Source: Octopus vulgaris
Lineage: Eukaryota
Direction of reading: 5' to 3'
DNA length: 64,000 nucleotides
NCBI GenBank assembly: GCA_951406725.2
Contig: OX597824.1
Location: 90,768,001-90,832,000, forward strand
Part shown: positions 45,480-58,737 of the stretch, one piece after another
How positions within the stretch are numbered: the first letter of the stretch is position 1
Layout: every line of letters begins with the position of its first letter
Position numbers and translations under genes: made by a program
The notes under the pieces: model-generated
The model's input: the letters and a program-made list of their open reading frames with translations, nothing else
Database searches by the model: none
What the model was told of the DNA's origin: nothing

Positions 45480-45850
45480 ATCGTAAGTCAGCTGGATACG
45501 ATTTCCTCGCCAAATTTATTGATTTTGCTACTAGTGCATGACGGTATCCTGTTTTTTTTTTAGGTCTAGATGTTCAAATGTTCATAGAATATTTCACTTT
45601 TACTCCGAACTGTCAGTTTTATGTAAATTTCGATCAAGTTTTGCACAGTTTTTTTTTTACGGCAATTTATTTGGTATTCTACATTCTATCTTGATTTAAT
45701 TTACAGTTGATATGAAACATTGTGGCACACCGCTTGCTATTATTTCTACGGTTGTATTTGTCAAGAGTGGAAGGCTAACAAATAATCGCTCTATTGGATA
45801 TGTCTATATATTTTTCCGTAATTTGAGGGTTTAACTTAACTTCTCGGAGA
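45480..45850 (-). mobile_element. Highly decayed PLE GIY-YIG endonuclease remnant
   Basis: Minus strand NVEYQINC...EIYIKLT...FYEH resembles NVIY.I.C..C...YIG.T....RF.EH. Confidence 0.35.
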
Positions 45851-46156
45851 TCTTTCTTAAATCTGTTTGCAATTTCAGCGAAGGTGCGTGGCTTAGTGGT
45901 TAAGGTGTTGCGCTGACAATTGCAAGGTCGTGCCTTCTGTTCTCAGAGCTACGTTGTGTTTTTTGAGCAAAACACTCCATTTCACGTTGCTCTATTCTAC
46001 TCAGCTGCAAATGAGTTAGCCTGCGATGGGTTTGCGTCCCGTCATCTCGGTCGTAGAAATCAGATACCCAGCCTTATAATTCCTGCGACACGTCACAGTA
46101 TTGTCCACGAGACTTACACTTTCTCTTTAGCTGCTTCACTATTTGACGTGATGTGG

Positions 46157-46535
46157 AGGCGCAATGGCCCAGTGGTTAGGGCAGCGGACACGCGGTTGTA
46201 GGATCGCGGTTTCGATTCCCACACCGGGTGTTGTGAGTGTTTATTAAGTGAAAACACCTAAAGCTCCATGAGGTTCCAGCAGGGGTTGGTGGCGAACCCT
46301 GCTGTACTCTTTCACCATAACTTTCTCTCACTCTTTCTTCCTGTTTCTGTTGTACTTGTATTTTCAAAGGGCCAGCCTTGTCACTCTCTGTGTCACGCTG
46401 AATCTTCCCCGTGAACTACGTTAAGGGTAGACGTGTCTGTGGAGTGCTCAGCCACTCGCACGTTAATTTCACGAGCAGGCTGTTCCGTTGATCGGATCAA
46501 CTGGAACCCTCGTCGTCACAACCAACGGAATGCCA
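46157..46535 (+). mobile_element. tRNA-derived SINE family C
   Basis: GGCGCAATGGCCCAGTGGTTAGGGCAGCGGAC...GGTTTCGATTCC; related heads at 19729, 3339 and 45882. Confidence 0.8.
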
Positions 46536-46788
46536 CGATTGGACACGGCACCCTCAGATATAACGTCAGCAAACTTTTTGTGTGAATCAATCTACTAAAC
46601 TTAATTATGTCATTATTAACTCTAATATTCCATCTATTCTTTAACAATATTTTCAAACTCTTTTTTTTTTGTTTCATTATACACCCTGATGCTATCTTTT
46701 TATGCGTAGCAAATAAAAGACCGTATATATATTCTTCAGTAGCTTATGAAGTTGGAAAAGGCTTTTCTGTTTTTTTTTTCTTTTTATA

Positions 46789-47684
46789 TCCTTTGTCAAA
46801 ATGGAAGGGTTAGCGCCCAAGGCCTTTTGTAGGCCTGCTGTAGAGGAAAAAAGGAAATTAATTAGCCCTAAATTAAAGGCCTGTCAGGAATATCAGCAGC
46901 TGAGAGGACCCTATTAAAATCATCCAAGGTCGAGCTGGTACGTTAAACACAGCTATGTTGTAAGTCTATCCCCTGAGTAGAACAAGATGTGAGTTGAACT
47001 CAGAACGCAAACAGCTGGAGAAAATACCACGAGCCATTCAGTACAATACCCTGATCTTCCCACCAATCCATTTACGTAGACCGGGACTTTATTTTTCGGC
47101 CCTTGAAAGTTAAAGAGAAAAAAAGACCTCAGCAGGAATTGAACTCGGAATTCAACGATCCGGAATGGATACAGCAAAGCATTTCACCCGACGACCTGAC
47201 GACAGTGCCGTTTCCCTCTTCGTAAAAGTAAGGAGCAATGACACATGACACGTTATTTTTATGCGGTCCGCCATTCCTCTGAGAAAATTACGAGTGTATT
47301 CGCCATTGCTTTCCTGTAATGTCAGAGGAGCAGGCACGATTTTAGTGCATAATTAAAGGTTATTCTTCTCTCTCTAAAATTCCGTACCCAGCCGCAAAAT
47401 AAAATCCCGGTCGACGAGAGTGGACTGGTTGGACGGTCAGAGCATTGTACTGAATGGCTTGTGGTATTTACTCCGGATTTTTGCGTTCTCCGTTCAATTC
47501 ACATCTTGTTCTAAATTGGTGATAGACTTACAACATTGCTGCATTTCCATGATTTTAACAGAGTTTACTCAGCTGCATTCCTAACAAGCCTTCCTTTAGG
47601 ATTAATTAATTTCCTTTCTTCCTCACTGCAGGCTTTACGGTCCTGTAAAAGGCCTCGGGCGCTAACCATCCATTTTGACAAAGG
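46789..47684. repeat. Foldback element with ~300-bp diverged inverted arms
   Basis: 46789-47100 versus 47391-47684, e.g. CCTTTGTCAAAATGGA / TCCATTTTGACAAAGG and GCCATTCAGTACAAT / ATTGTACTGAATGGC. Confidence 0.85.
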
Positions 47685-47712
47685 GGATTTTTAAAAATAC
47701 ATTTTCCAATTA

Positions 47713-47788
<76 letters not shown>

Positions 47789-47789
47789 A

Positions 47790-48625
47790 ATCAGATACAT
47801 TTCAACACGCATAGATAAAGAATTTATCATTTATGGGCTGAGATTGAAAAGAACTATTTTACTTTCAACAGTTCGGATTACTGCCACACATCAGGAACCA
47901 TGGTGGGTACGCAAGTAGCCCCCACATACGCCAAATTAGTCGTGGAATTCTACGAACAAAAGATCTACAACCAATCTCTTCTATATCGGTGACACATTCT
48001 ATACACAACTCAAAAGCAACTGGAAAAGATACCTAGATGATTGCTTTATCTTATGGCGGGAAAACATTGACAATCTAACTGAATTTTAAAAAAAGATTAA
48101 ACAACTTCAGCAATAGCATCGAATTCACAATGGAGTTCAATCGTAAAGAACTCGCCTTTCTGGATATCCTAATTACCAACCAAGATGGGGAAACAGAAGC
48201 GGACATACTCTACAAATCCAAACAGCACCGTCTTTTTTACATCATGTCACCCGAAACACATCAAATTCAACATTCCCTTCAACCTGGCGAAACGAATTTG
48301 TACCATAGTATCAGAACCATCCAAACGTGAACAAAGACTAGAAGAACTGAAGGACACACTTATCCAAAGAGCCTCCGCTCCTGGAATAATCACCAACGGA
48401 ATAAACAGGGAAAAACAAATGGATGTCAATGAACTTAGGAAAAGCAAAAAACAAAAGAAGGGAAAATGTTTTACTATTCGTGTCAACCTTCAATCTCAGA
48501 AACACCGAAATATTTGATCATATCCACAAAAACCTCCCCATTTTATTTGCAGATGAAAAAATGAGAAAAATCTTAGAAAAACAACAAATGGTCAAAAGCA
48601 AAGCGCAGTCCAAAACACTAAAACT
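47790..48625 (+). mobile_element. Penelope-like element reverse transcriptase remnant
   Basis: Across frameshifts: SGTMVGTQVAPTYAKL, WKRYLDDCFILW, IEFTMEFNRKELAFLDILI, SCHPKHIKFNIPFNLAKRICTIVS; flanked by (TA)n. Confidence 0.85.
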
Positions 48626-48689
48626 CATATATATATATATATATGTATGGTGCTCCAGCATGGGCAAAGCCCTTAGGGATAAAGAGTAT

Positions 48690-48774
<85 letters not shown>

Positions 48775-48789
48775 GAGAGACAGACAGAC

Positions 48790-48852
<63 letters not shown>

Positions 48853-48864
48853 GATGGATGGATG

Positions 48865-48945
<81 letters not shown>

Positions 48946-49401
48946 GTGGATGCATGGATAATTCGGGCCTCCACACAGTTTTCGTCAGCCGAATGCCAAT
49001 CACATAGTAATGGTCAAACGTAACCTTTGAAAAGAAGAGAGAGAGAGAGACTTGGCTAATGTTATGTGCAATGGCATTGAACACTGACCCACCTGGTTAC
49101 AAAGGAATCTTCTCTGCGTATCACCAGACAGCCTTAACTGTAATCCGTTTTACGTATATATAAATATACATGGCGGTCGAGTCGTAACAGTCTATACAGC
49201 TGACGCTGTCCGATATTAATTATGTATTTCACCAACCGGCATTTGACGTAATGTAGTTTACTCGTATGCAAATATGTTTGGTTTTGGCTATGGAAGTCGA
49301 ATCAGTCTCACATTGTTTGCGTAACGGAATGTCTGTGTAAGTACGCTCTTCGAACCTCGTGTGTTCGTAGTTTCTGCATGCGTAATTGTAATCGTCGACA
49401 G

Positions 49402-49432
<31 letters not shown>

Positions 49433-49665
49433 GCTGATTGGTGACAGCGAGTTTACTTGGAGATAAGAAAAGAATTAGGATTGGTTAACAGTTTCGCCTT
49501 GCAGCTTTTGTGATGTAACCGGAGTTAAATTGACATAATTGAGAACTGGAACATCGTTGCGAAACTCGACTCACTGGAGGCCTTACTACCACATGCAGAC
49601 ATACATAAATATATATACATATATATATGTGTGTGTGTGTGTGTGTAAAGATATTGTTATTAATA

Positions 49666-49761
<96 letters not shown>

Positions 49762-49970
49762 AAGAAGAAGAAATAATATATATAAATATATATACATGCA
49801 TATATGGGTACAGGACGTCACCAACAGTGCAAATAACATGAAATACGCAAACAAACTAGTTAAATACGTAAACAACGAGAAAAAAATGGAAGACAGAACA
49901 AATAAACACAGAGAAAGGGCCCTTCATCAGTTGTCGGCTGTCTATTTACTCCTCATTTCGAGCATTCAAC

Positions 49971-50041
<71 letters not shown>

Positions 50042-50099
50042 GTGTGTGTATGTATTTATATATATGTATATAATATAAATACAAATATATATATATATA

Positions 50100-50484
50100 T
50101 ACGAGCAAAACGCCCCCCCATCCAATGGACGGTGTTGAGTTGTCAACCATTTAAACCAAATTTTCTCAAAACAACTTGTCCGACCGTCCCATAGGCCTTC
50201 CCTTTGAGAAACACTGATTTAACCTAAATTTGAGACACCGTGCATTTTTTTTCGCGTACGCGTAGTATCGATCGCAATAGCCGATGTACTTGCGCCTACA
50301 AATGCACGTTCCCTCGGCTTTATCGATCACATTCTCAGCTGGAATCGATTTTTGTAATTTTTTCAAGACTTATACACGCCCTGATACCGTCGGTATCTAC
50401 ATATCAAATTTGAGTGCAATCGAATGGAGGATGCCCAAGATCCTAGAAGACACGCACAGAGACAGACAGAACAGATTTTATTAA

Positions 50485-50485
<1 letters not shown>
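50100..50485 (-). mobile_element. Helitron-like repeat, copy 2
   Basis: Reverse match to 27920-28130; inserted in (TA)n; ends GCGTTTTGCTCGT. Confidence 0.55.
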
Positions 50486-50555
<70 letters not shown>

Positions 50556-50776
50556 TAAGGGCAAAAGAAATAAATTTCTGTGCCAATATGCTGATAAATA
50601 GACTTTAAATCGTCAATCACCACATGCAATATACATCTCAATATACACGTGTGCTGAGACTCGTTACGGAATTTTATATTTAGATATATCTGGGGTACTT
50701 ATGTGTAATCATGACTCTTGCTTCTGTTTTTTTTCCTTGGTTGCTTGTAAGTATTTCATTTATTTCTTATCGTATT

Positions 50777-50833
50777 CTCTGCTGATGAGGTGAAAATCCG
50801 TTGGATTAATCCCGAAATTGATTCAATATAGAG
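50777..50833 (+). ncRNA. Type I hammerhead ribozyme, intact core with imperfect helix II
   Basis: CTCTG-CTGATGA-GG tgaa AATCC gtt GGATT aatc CC-GAA-ATTGattCAAT-A-TAGAG. Confidence 0.7.
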
Positions 50834-52096
50834 ATAACATATTTAATAAAAAAATTCTGTTAGCTTGCTTTCCTCGATTTCAGCAAAACGTGTATTCATG
50901 GTAATGTATATTGTAGGTGGGATTTACACTCCGACCTCGTAAAACCTTTACCAGCAACGACTACCCAAAACAGACCCCCACCCATTTATTGGAGGGTTGT
51001 CACCTGTGTGGTATAAAGGTGTTATCCACCATGAATAGAGAACCGCCAATAAATGGTGATTGCAGCGACGCAGTTACAGCGCAATCCCCCATACCACTAC
51101 TACAACTACTACTACTATTACTACTACTACGATTACTACTACTACTACTACCACCACCTCCACTACTACTACCACTACCGCCATTACTACTACTATTAAT
51201 ACTACCACCACCACTACCACTACTACTACTACTACTATCACTACTACCACCACCACCACCACCACCACAACTACTACTACCACAACCAACGCCACTAACT
51301 ACTATACTACTACTACCATTACTACTACCATCACTACCACTATCACTACCACCACTACTACTACTATTAATACTTCCACCACCACCACCTACTACTACTA
51401 CTACTACCCGGAGTGACATTGGAAGTACCCTTTTGCCACCTTGGGCAATATCAGAAAATTCGGTGTACATACCATAATAATAATAATAATAATAATAATT
51501 TATCTTTTATGAAATTTGCCATTCTCTTTTTGATTTGTTTTTCTTTCCCTTGTGTTCCTCTCCGTTTCCTTTTCTTGCTTAATTTCTTCCATTTTCTAAT
51601 GTAATTTTGCAATTACATAAAACCATTAATTCAAAGAAAAATCTTTAAGATATACGTTTGAATGGCGATCGTTTCCATTGATAATTTGGTCTAAGCATTG
51701 TAAACAGGATCGCCTTGTTTAGAGATGTTATAAAAACTCGTTAGATTTGTTTTTATTCTTAATAAAACACTAATTCAATTTAAAGAAATAGAGAAAAAAA
51801 ATTGAAAAAGTATAAAATGTTTACCGGTGTTAGATTTTTTTTCCTGCTCTTTCGATTTTGTATTCGACATTTGAAATGTCTTACATGCTGCTATCACAAT
51901 CATATCGGCTGCACTTAAAATCACGTGACACTTCCTCTGTCGTCTGCTACACATAAGTGTTACACTAACCGCATAGAAATACTCTGGTACTTGTCAGCAA
52001 AAATTCTAAACACGGTGTTTTATTGCTTGGAAAATATAGTTTAAAAGGGTAATTAGGTCAGTTTAATTAATCTTAGTAATTATGGGTAGTATTCAC

Positions 52097-52514
52097 TATT
52101 TCTTTACTACCAACACGGGGCTAAAAACACAGAGGGGACAAACAAGGACAGACACACGGATTAAGTCAGTTATATCGACCCCAGTGCGTAACTGGTACTT
52201 AATTTATCGACCCCGAAAGGATGACAGGCAAAATCAACCTCGCGGAATTTGAACTCAGAACGTAACGGCAGACGAAATACCTATTTCTTTACTACCCACA
52301 AGGGGCTAAACACAGAGAGGACAAACAAGGACAGACAAGCGGATTAAGTCGATTACATCGACCCCAGTGCGTAACTGGTACTTAATTTATCGACCCCGAA
52401 AGGATGAAAGGCAAAGTCGACCTCGGCGGAATTTGAACTCAGAACGTAACGGCAGACGAAATACCGCTAAGCATTTCGCCCAGCGTGCTAACGTTTCTGC
52501 CAGCTCGCCACCTT
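52097..52514 (-). mobile_element. SINE family A, tandem body duplication
   Basis: Same layout in reverse; TSD ATGGGTAGTATTYAC at 52082-52096 and 52516-52530. Confidence 0.9.
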
Positions 52515-52917
52515 CATGGGTAGTATTTACACGCATGACATGTTGTCAAGAAATTTTTTTTAAATGAATGTAAATTGACCGGAAGTGACGAAAGAAACAT
52601 CCCGTAATTTCATAAAGAGGATATACAGAGAACTGGTGAAACCCACCGAATTTTATTAACAAAAATTCCTCAATATGGAACTTCAGTGTTCTTCAGTGAC
52701 TGTTATGTCTTCCCATAAATATGATTATTTTCATCTTAAAAGTGTGTGTGAGTATGTGTGTACGAGGGTTGTATGAAAAGTCTTGAGCCTTAAAAAAACA
52801 AAGCATTAATTAAGATATGGATATTCTTTCCTTCAGATTTTCTGTCTTAATAATTATTATTATTTTTGCGTTTTTGTATTTGCAAGATTCTTTATGTGAA
52901 TTCGTGTGTTGAAGCAT

Positions 52918-53072
52918 ATTTTATTGTGTTTGGGGTGAGTCATCACCGGTCTGATTTCCATTCATTTAGTTATTAATTTAATAAATAAGTAAATGAAAGG
53001 AAATCAGTCCAGTGCGTGTGTTAAATTAATAAGGCTCTAAAAGAGAATGACTCTCCCCAGACACAATAAAAT
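52918..53072. repeat. Nested inverted repeat
   Basis: Outer 26-bp arms ATTTTATTGTGTTTGGGGTGAGTCAT / ATGACTCTCCCCAGACACAATAAAAT; inner CTGATTTCC.TTCATTTA / TAAATGAA.GGAAATCAG. Confidence 0.7.
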
Positions 53073-53159
53073 TTTATTGTCATGTATTTTGGTAACAAAA
53101 TCCAGGTTGGAATGGTCCGAAATTCCTCTGAATTTTTTTCAAAAGTTTTATCAGCATAA

Positions 53160-53520
53160 TCGCAGGTGTGGCTATATGATAAACTGTTTGCTTCCTAACC
53201 AGATGGTTCAGGTTTCAATCCCGCAGTACTTTGTGCTCGTGTCTTCTACTATAGCCTCAGCCTGGCTCGTGCGTGGATTTGGTAGACGGAAACTAACAGA
53301 AACCCATCATATAGGTGCGTGTGTGTGTTTGTCCTTCATCACTGCTTGATAACCGGTGTTAGTGTGTTGACGTCCCCATAACTTCGCGGTTCGGCGAAAG
53401 AATTTCGATAGAATTAAGTACCAGGCTGAAGAAGAATTACTAGAGTCGATTCATTCGACTAAAAATTCTTCAAGGCACAGCCCCAGCAAGGCCGTAGTCT
53501 AATGACTGAAACAAGTAAAT
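53160..53520 (+). mobile_element. SINE family B, older diverged copy
   Basis: Colinear similarity to 28570-28978. Confidence 0.7.
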
Positions 53521-53569
53521 GATAAAAAATATATATACAGTTCTATATTTAAGAGATGAGGAAATATGC

Positions 53570-53808
53570 ACATTATTTACATTATTTACAATTGACGGAT
53601 ATTTGTCCCCGTTTTGTTTGTTGTTAACAGAACATTTCAGCTGATATACCCTCCAGCCTTCATCAGGTGTCTTGAGGAAATTTCGAACTTGGGTTCTCAT
53701 TCCTAAGGTATTTTTCGAAGGCTGGAGGGCATATCAGCCGAAGCGTTGTGTTAACAACAAACAAGATGAGGACAAATAGCCGTCAAATGTAAATAATGTA
53801 AGTAATGT
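53570..53808. repeat. Inverted repeat, ~90-bp arms, PLE pseudo-LTR-like
   Basis: 53570-53661 versus 53717-53808; includes the hammerhead remnant. Confidence 0.8.
53627..53670 (-). ncRNA. Decayed minimal hammerhead within an inverted repeat
   Basis: Minus strand ACAC-CTGATGA-a-GGCTG gagggtatat CAGCT-GAAATGTTCTGT; the opposite arm reads CAGCCGAAGCGTTGTGT, so a GAA-ACGT-T-GTGT consensus can be rebuilt. Confidence 0.5.
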
Positions 53809-53827
53809 AAATAATATAAATAAAAAA

Positions 53828-53870
<43 letters not shown>

Positions 53871-54488
53871 TCATCCGTCTGTTTACTTGCTTCCAAGCAA
53901 CGAACCGCAACGACATCCAAATTTACAACACAAAACCCTAAAGACACAACTCAGATCATGCGACCGAACAATTCTGTCCGTAAATACGTAACGCGATGCC
54001 AACGCCAAACTGACCCAACTGAAACCCAAACCAAACACCATACAGGTACCCGATTCACCTAACGTCCACTTATCTACCAAAGGGTGATCTGTATTAGAAT
54101 GGCGACAACCCACCTCCTACACGTTAGCATCTACACATCACCAACTCATCCTCAACAATACATCTTATATATTCGCAACAACCCAACTCCCTCACGTTAG
54201 CAACAACCCATATCCAATGCATTAGCAACGACCCAGCTATATCTATCAACACAGAGAACCAAAATCGATAGAAGCAGATTAGGTTCAATTATTCCTACCC
54301 ATTTCCTACGATGTCTGTATTCTCTTCATTTAACTCTGTTGCTGCCAATTCCAGCGTAAAACTTCTCTTTATCTACACAAATTCCCGGCTTCTGTACGGC
54401 TGATATCATAAAGGGAGGACATTTGATTTAAGATATCAGAATGTCGCCGTCTAAGCCGGCTTCTCAATTAGACTCACACACACACACA

Positions 54489-54521
<33 letters not shown>

Positions 54522-56343
54522 TCACGTGTATTTTACATATTCTTACATATATACACACAGACAGACACACATATATACGTGTGTATATATATATATATAT
54601 AACTATAGTTATATAAATAGGTACATACATATATATACATATATATACATACTTATACACATACACACACACGTGCATCTTACTTTCTTACATTTATACA
54701 CACAGACACAGACACACATATTTATATATGACATGTATATGTATATCTATATCCATCTATCTCTATATACACACATACATATATATATATATACCTATAG
54801 TTATATAAATAGGTACATACATATATATACATATATATATACATACGTATACACATACACACACACGTGCATCTTACTTTCTTACATTTATATACACAGA
54901 CACAGACACAGACACACACATATATATGACATGTATATGTATAGCTATATCTATCTATCTCTATATACACACATACATATATATACCTATAGCTATATAG
55001 ATACATACATGTACATACATACATACGTATATATGCATACATATACACAAACATATATATAAATACACATACGTGCTCACATATATATTTATACATATAC
55101 AAACAAGCGTGCAAACATACACGACATACGTACATAGACACACATACATATGCGTCTACAATGGGGCACACACATGGCATATAATCGATCTGTTTGTATA
55201 TTGAAATGAAAACTCGAATCACATTGGTTTAAAATTCGAATCAAATTCAATACGGAATTCTGAGAGAACGAACCGAGTACTGAAAGGAAAGGGTGTTGTT
55301 TTAGACATTTGTATAAGTACTAATGTGTATTTAAGGAGATCGTGTCGCACTCACATTATTACAGGCACGTCCACCGGGGAATACATTAGACAATGTTGTG
55401 TCTTCCATTGACAAATACGTTGCGCGTGGAATTTGCTAGAACGTAAACCTTTATATTCTTTTCTACTCTAGGTACAAGGCCCGAAATTTTGGGAGAGGGG
55501 GCAACTGGTACTTAATTTATTGACCCCGAAAGGATGAAAGGCAAAGTCGACCTCGGCGGAATTTGAACTCAGAACGTAAAAACCTCTATATTGCTTTCGG
55601 TTTTGTTTGTATAGGGACTATTAAGGGACTCGTGCAGTGTCCAACCATTTCAGACCTGTGGGCTCGTGCCGAACGGCTGCTGTCACGTGTGGGACGAGTC
55701 CGCCTGTCGGCCGAGTCTATCGTGTAAATTGCTCTGCCCCCTTCCCCCAACCGGGAAGGCAGGGCAGTTTTCATCGTACTGATGCCCATGGTGAAAGAAT
55801 GTGTGTGGTGGACCCGAGCGAAAGGATTAGAGACAAACACTTACTTCTCTGGCTAATCGCTCATCAACTTTTTCAAGGACCACTTGAAAAGGAAGGTGAG
55901 AATGGAGAGGCAGGTTTTGTCTCGTGAAAGTTTCAAAAAAAGGTGGGTGAATGTAGTAAAGATGGTGCGTGCGTGTGACGAAACCAATTTGAGCATGATC
56001 CAATAAATCGTAAGAGAGAGAGAGAGAGAACTTTGCTCTCATGTGTTTATTTCCTCCCTGCCTGATCTTTACCGTGGTCTTTTCCGTGGGCTTTTCTTCC
56101 CACGGATGAACCTAATCTTGTTTCTTACTTTAAAAAAAAATTGTTTCTGTGATACACGATCCCTTTTAATCGCCGCCCCCACACACACACACAATGATCC
56201 CTTTTCATCGGAATTTTACATTTGTTTCCTTTTTTGTTCCCTTTTTCTTTTTCCATCTTCGAAAAGAAACGCTCTACATTTGTATTTGTCCCCTCTGTAT
56301 TCAGCCCTATGTGGCCAATAAAGAAAGTTATCTAATCTATCTA

Positions 56344-56387
<44 letters not shown>

Positions 56388-56599
56388 ACTACATATATAC
56401 ATACATATTTCAACAAGAAAAGTCCAAATATATAGCTTACTCTTAAATTTGGGTTTTATCGTAAATCCCTTAACACAAAGTACGAGATTAAATGCACAGA
56501 GTACGGATAAGCGTGTAAACTTCCGGTGTGGTATGAACCTCACTGCAAAAATTGCCGCATGCTGCCTCACTTTAGTGGGAAGCTCTCTCTTGGTTATAA

Positions 56600-56930
56600 T
56601 TTATGAAGAAAAATTTATTTAACTTTCTGCATTGAGGGAAGTTTTCTAAACTTCCGTTTGAGTGATTGAGTTCAAAAGATGATTTAATATAAAATACTTC
56701 TCAGTAGTTACCTATATACTAGTTTTTATGGTAAATATGTGGTATATTCCGCTCTATAATTTTCCAATTGATTTTGAACTTGTCATTCAGCTTCCATATA
56801 TAGCTGGAAAATGCTGTAACAATTCTCTTCTGGAGTTTTTTCTTTTCCTTTTTCGTTTTTGAGGACTTGTCATTATTGAGACAGTGCTTCTTAAATCTTC
56901 CATCGTGTCTGTAATACAACTCAGTATTAC
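56600..56930 (-). mobile_element. Decayed PLE C-terminal remnant
   Basis: RFKKH...TAFSSYIWKLNDKFKINWKII, like the region after GIY-YIG in PLEs. Confidence 0.5.
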
Positions 56931-58075
56931 AAATCTGACTGAGCTGAGCAAAATGCGAAGATGAAAGTGTATGTTACTTATAATTATAATATATTATGTT
57001 GAGTATGCGGCAATATGGCATATTTTTGTAACTAGACACGATTGGAGAAGATCTACATGACACCAGTGCACAGTGACTAATTAACTGTCAGAAGACAGGT
57101 TAAAAATTGGACTTAACTGAAATCAAAATAAATGGCAATCTTGTATATAAAAGTATTATATCTGTTGCTTGGTTCGATAATGCTTTAAGAGTGTTTTCAT
57201 GAGATGGCAACTCGGAGGTTTGCAGAAAAAATAAAGAACATTTTCTCCGATCTAATGAGATCGAAATAGACATATTTGGTGCTGCCAACGTCGGAGACAA
57301 CAGGGATAAAAATTTTCCCAAGCATGAGAATTAAATTATGCTTGTTTAAAAAAACAAAAACATTAATTCTTAATTTCTTAAAATTATCTCTCCTTTTCTT
57401 CGTAGGTCGCTAACAATTCCCGATCGGTTTTAGCTTCCTTTCGCCAACTAAATGGGTAATTTGAATTCATTAAAAGTATTTTGTGTACCTCGTTCAGTAC
57501 ATAACATCTCACTGACCTGCATGCTATTGGCTTAGTTAAGTTATTCCCCTTAGCTCGCTATAGTTTAATATATGTACGTATATATAGAGAAATACATACA
57601 GAATTAGCTTTGAGATTTGGGCGACATTTCTTTCCAAGATAATCTCATTAAAATGGTTGCCACTGTAATCGCTGTTGCTTTTAATCCTTGTTGTATGTTA
57701 CTATCCAGTATATTTTTGTTTAATATTTATCTTTGTCACACAGATTTGCATAAAACTGCATAATTTTACATACGTTATAATTCCACAATGTTACAAAACA
57801 ACTTTTTCGTTAAGAAATTTTATGAGACCCATTATGTTCAGTTTCAAACAGACATTAAATATATATATATATATGTTTTTTCAACATATACATGACCATG
57901 TGTATGCGCGCGTGTAAGTGTGTATACATGTAATAAAACAGAGGGTATAAACGGAACTAAAAATATGAGTATGTATATACATAAAACATAATAGCAAACA
58001 ATATATATATATGTAAACATATATCTCTATATGTATATGTACACACATACACACGCACATACATACGTAAATACA

Positions 58076-58144
<69 letters not shown>

Positions 58145-58149
<5 letters not shown>

Positions 58150-58506
58150 AATAAGAAAAGGGAGGGGATCAATAGGTGGTATTCATCAACTTTTAGACAT
58201 TATATTATGTCAATATATTCACTTTCTAAAAGGGCAATTATAACAATATACATACATGTATAACATATTATGCTTTACATATATAATATATAAAATATAA
58301 AAATATCACTAATTATTAAAATATATAAGGTAGAGCATCGGTATTTTTATATTTTATATGTTATATATGTAAAGCATAATATGTTATACATGTATGTATA
58401 TTGTTATAATTGTCTTCTTAGTAAATACATAAATAAACTGACGTAATATAATGTCTAAAAGCTGATGAATATCACCTATTGATCCCCTCCATTTTCTTAT
58501 TGCTCT
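58145..58506. repeat. Long hairpin, ~165-bp arms and ~32-nt spacer
   Basis: 58145-58307 versus 58340-58506, with long perfect stretches. Confidence 0.9.
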
Positions 58507-58681
58507 ATAAATTAATGGTAAAATATCTCTTTACCTTCACCCATTTATTACACTCGGTAATGTAATTGTCATGCAATGAAAAAACACTTGTGTATTAATA
58601 ATTGGGTATTCTACCAGCAGTATATTGGATAGTTATTATCACTTAGCTGGTTAGATTCACAACCTCTAACTCTCTTGGAAT

Positions 58682-58737
<56 letters not shown>

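Noticed and set aside
49267-49343. Possible first coding exon (MQICLVLAMEVESVSHCLRNGMS, GTAAGT donor)
   Set aside because: Ends in phase 2, incompatible with the phase 1 acceptor at 61777; no homology.
54520-54990. ~200-bp tandem duplication (similar ones at 9440-9670 and 10290-10630)
   Set aside because: Slippage-type duplication of low-complexity DNA; no functional signal.
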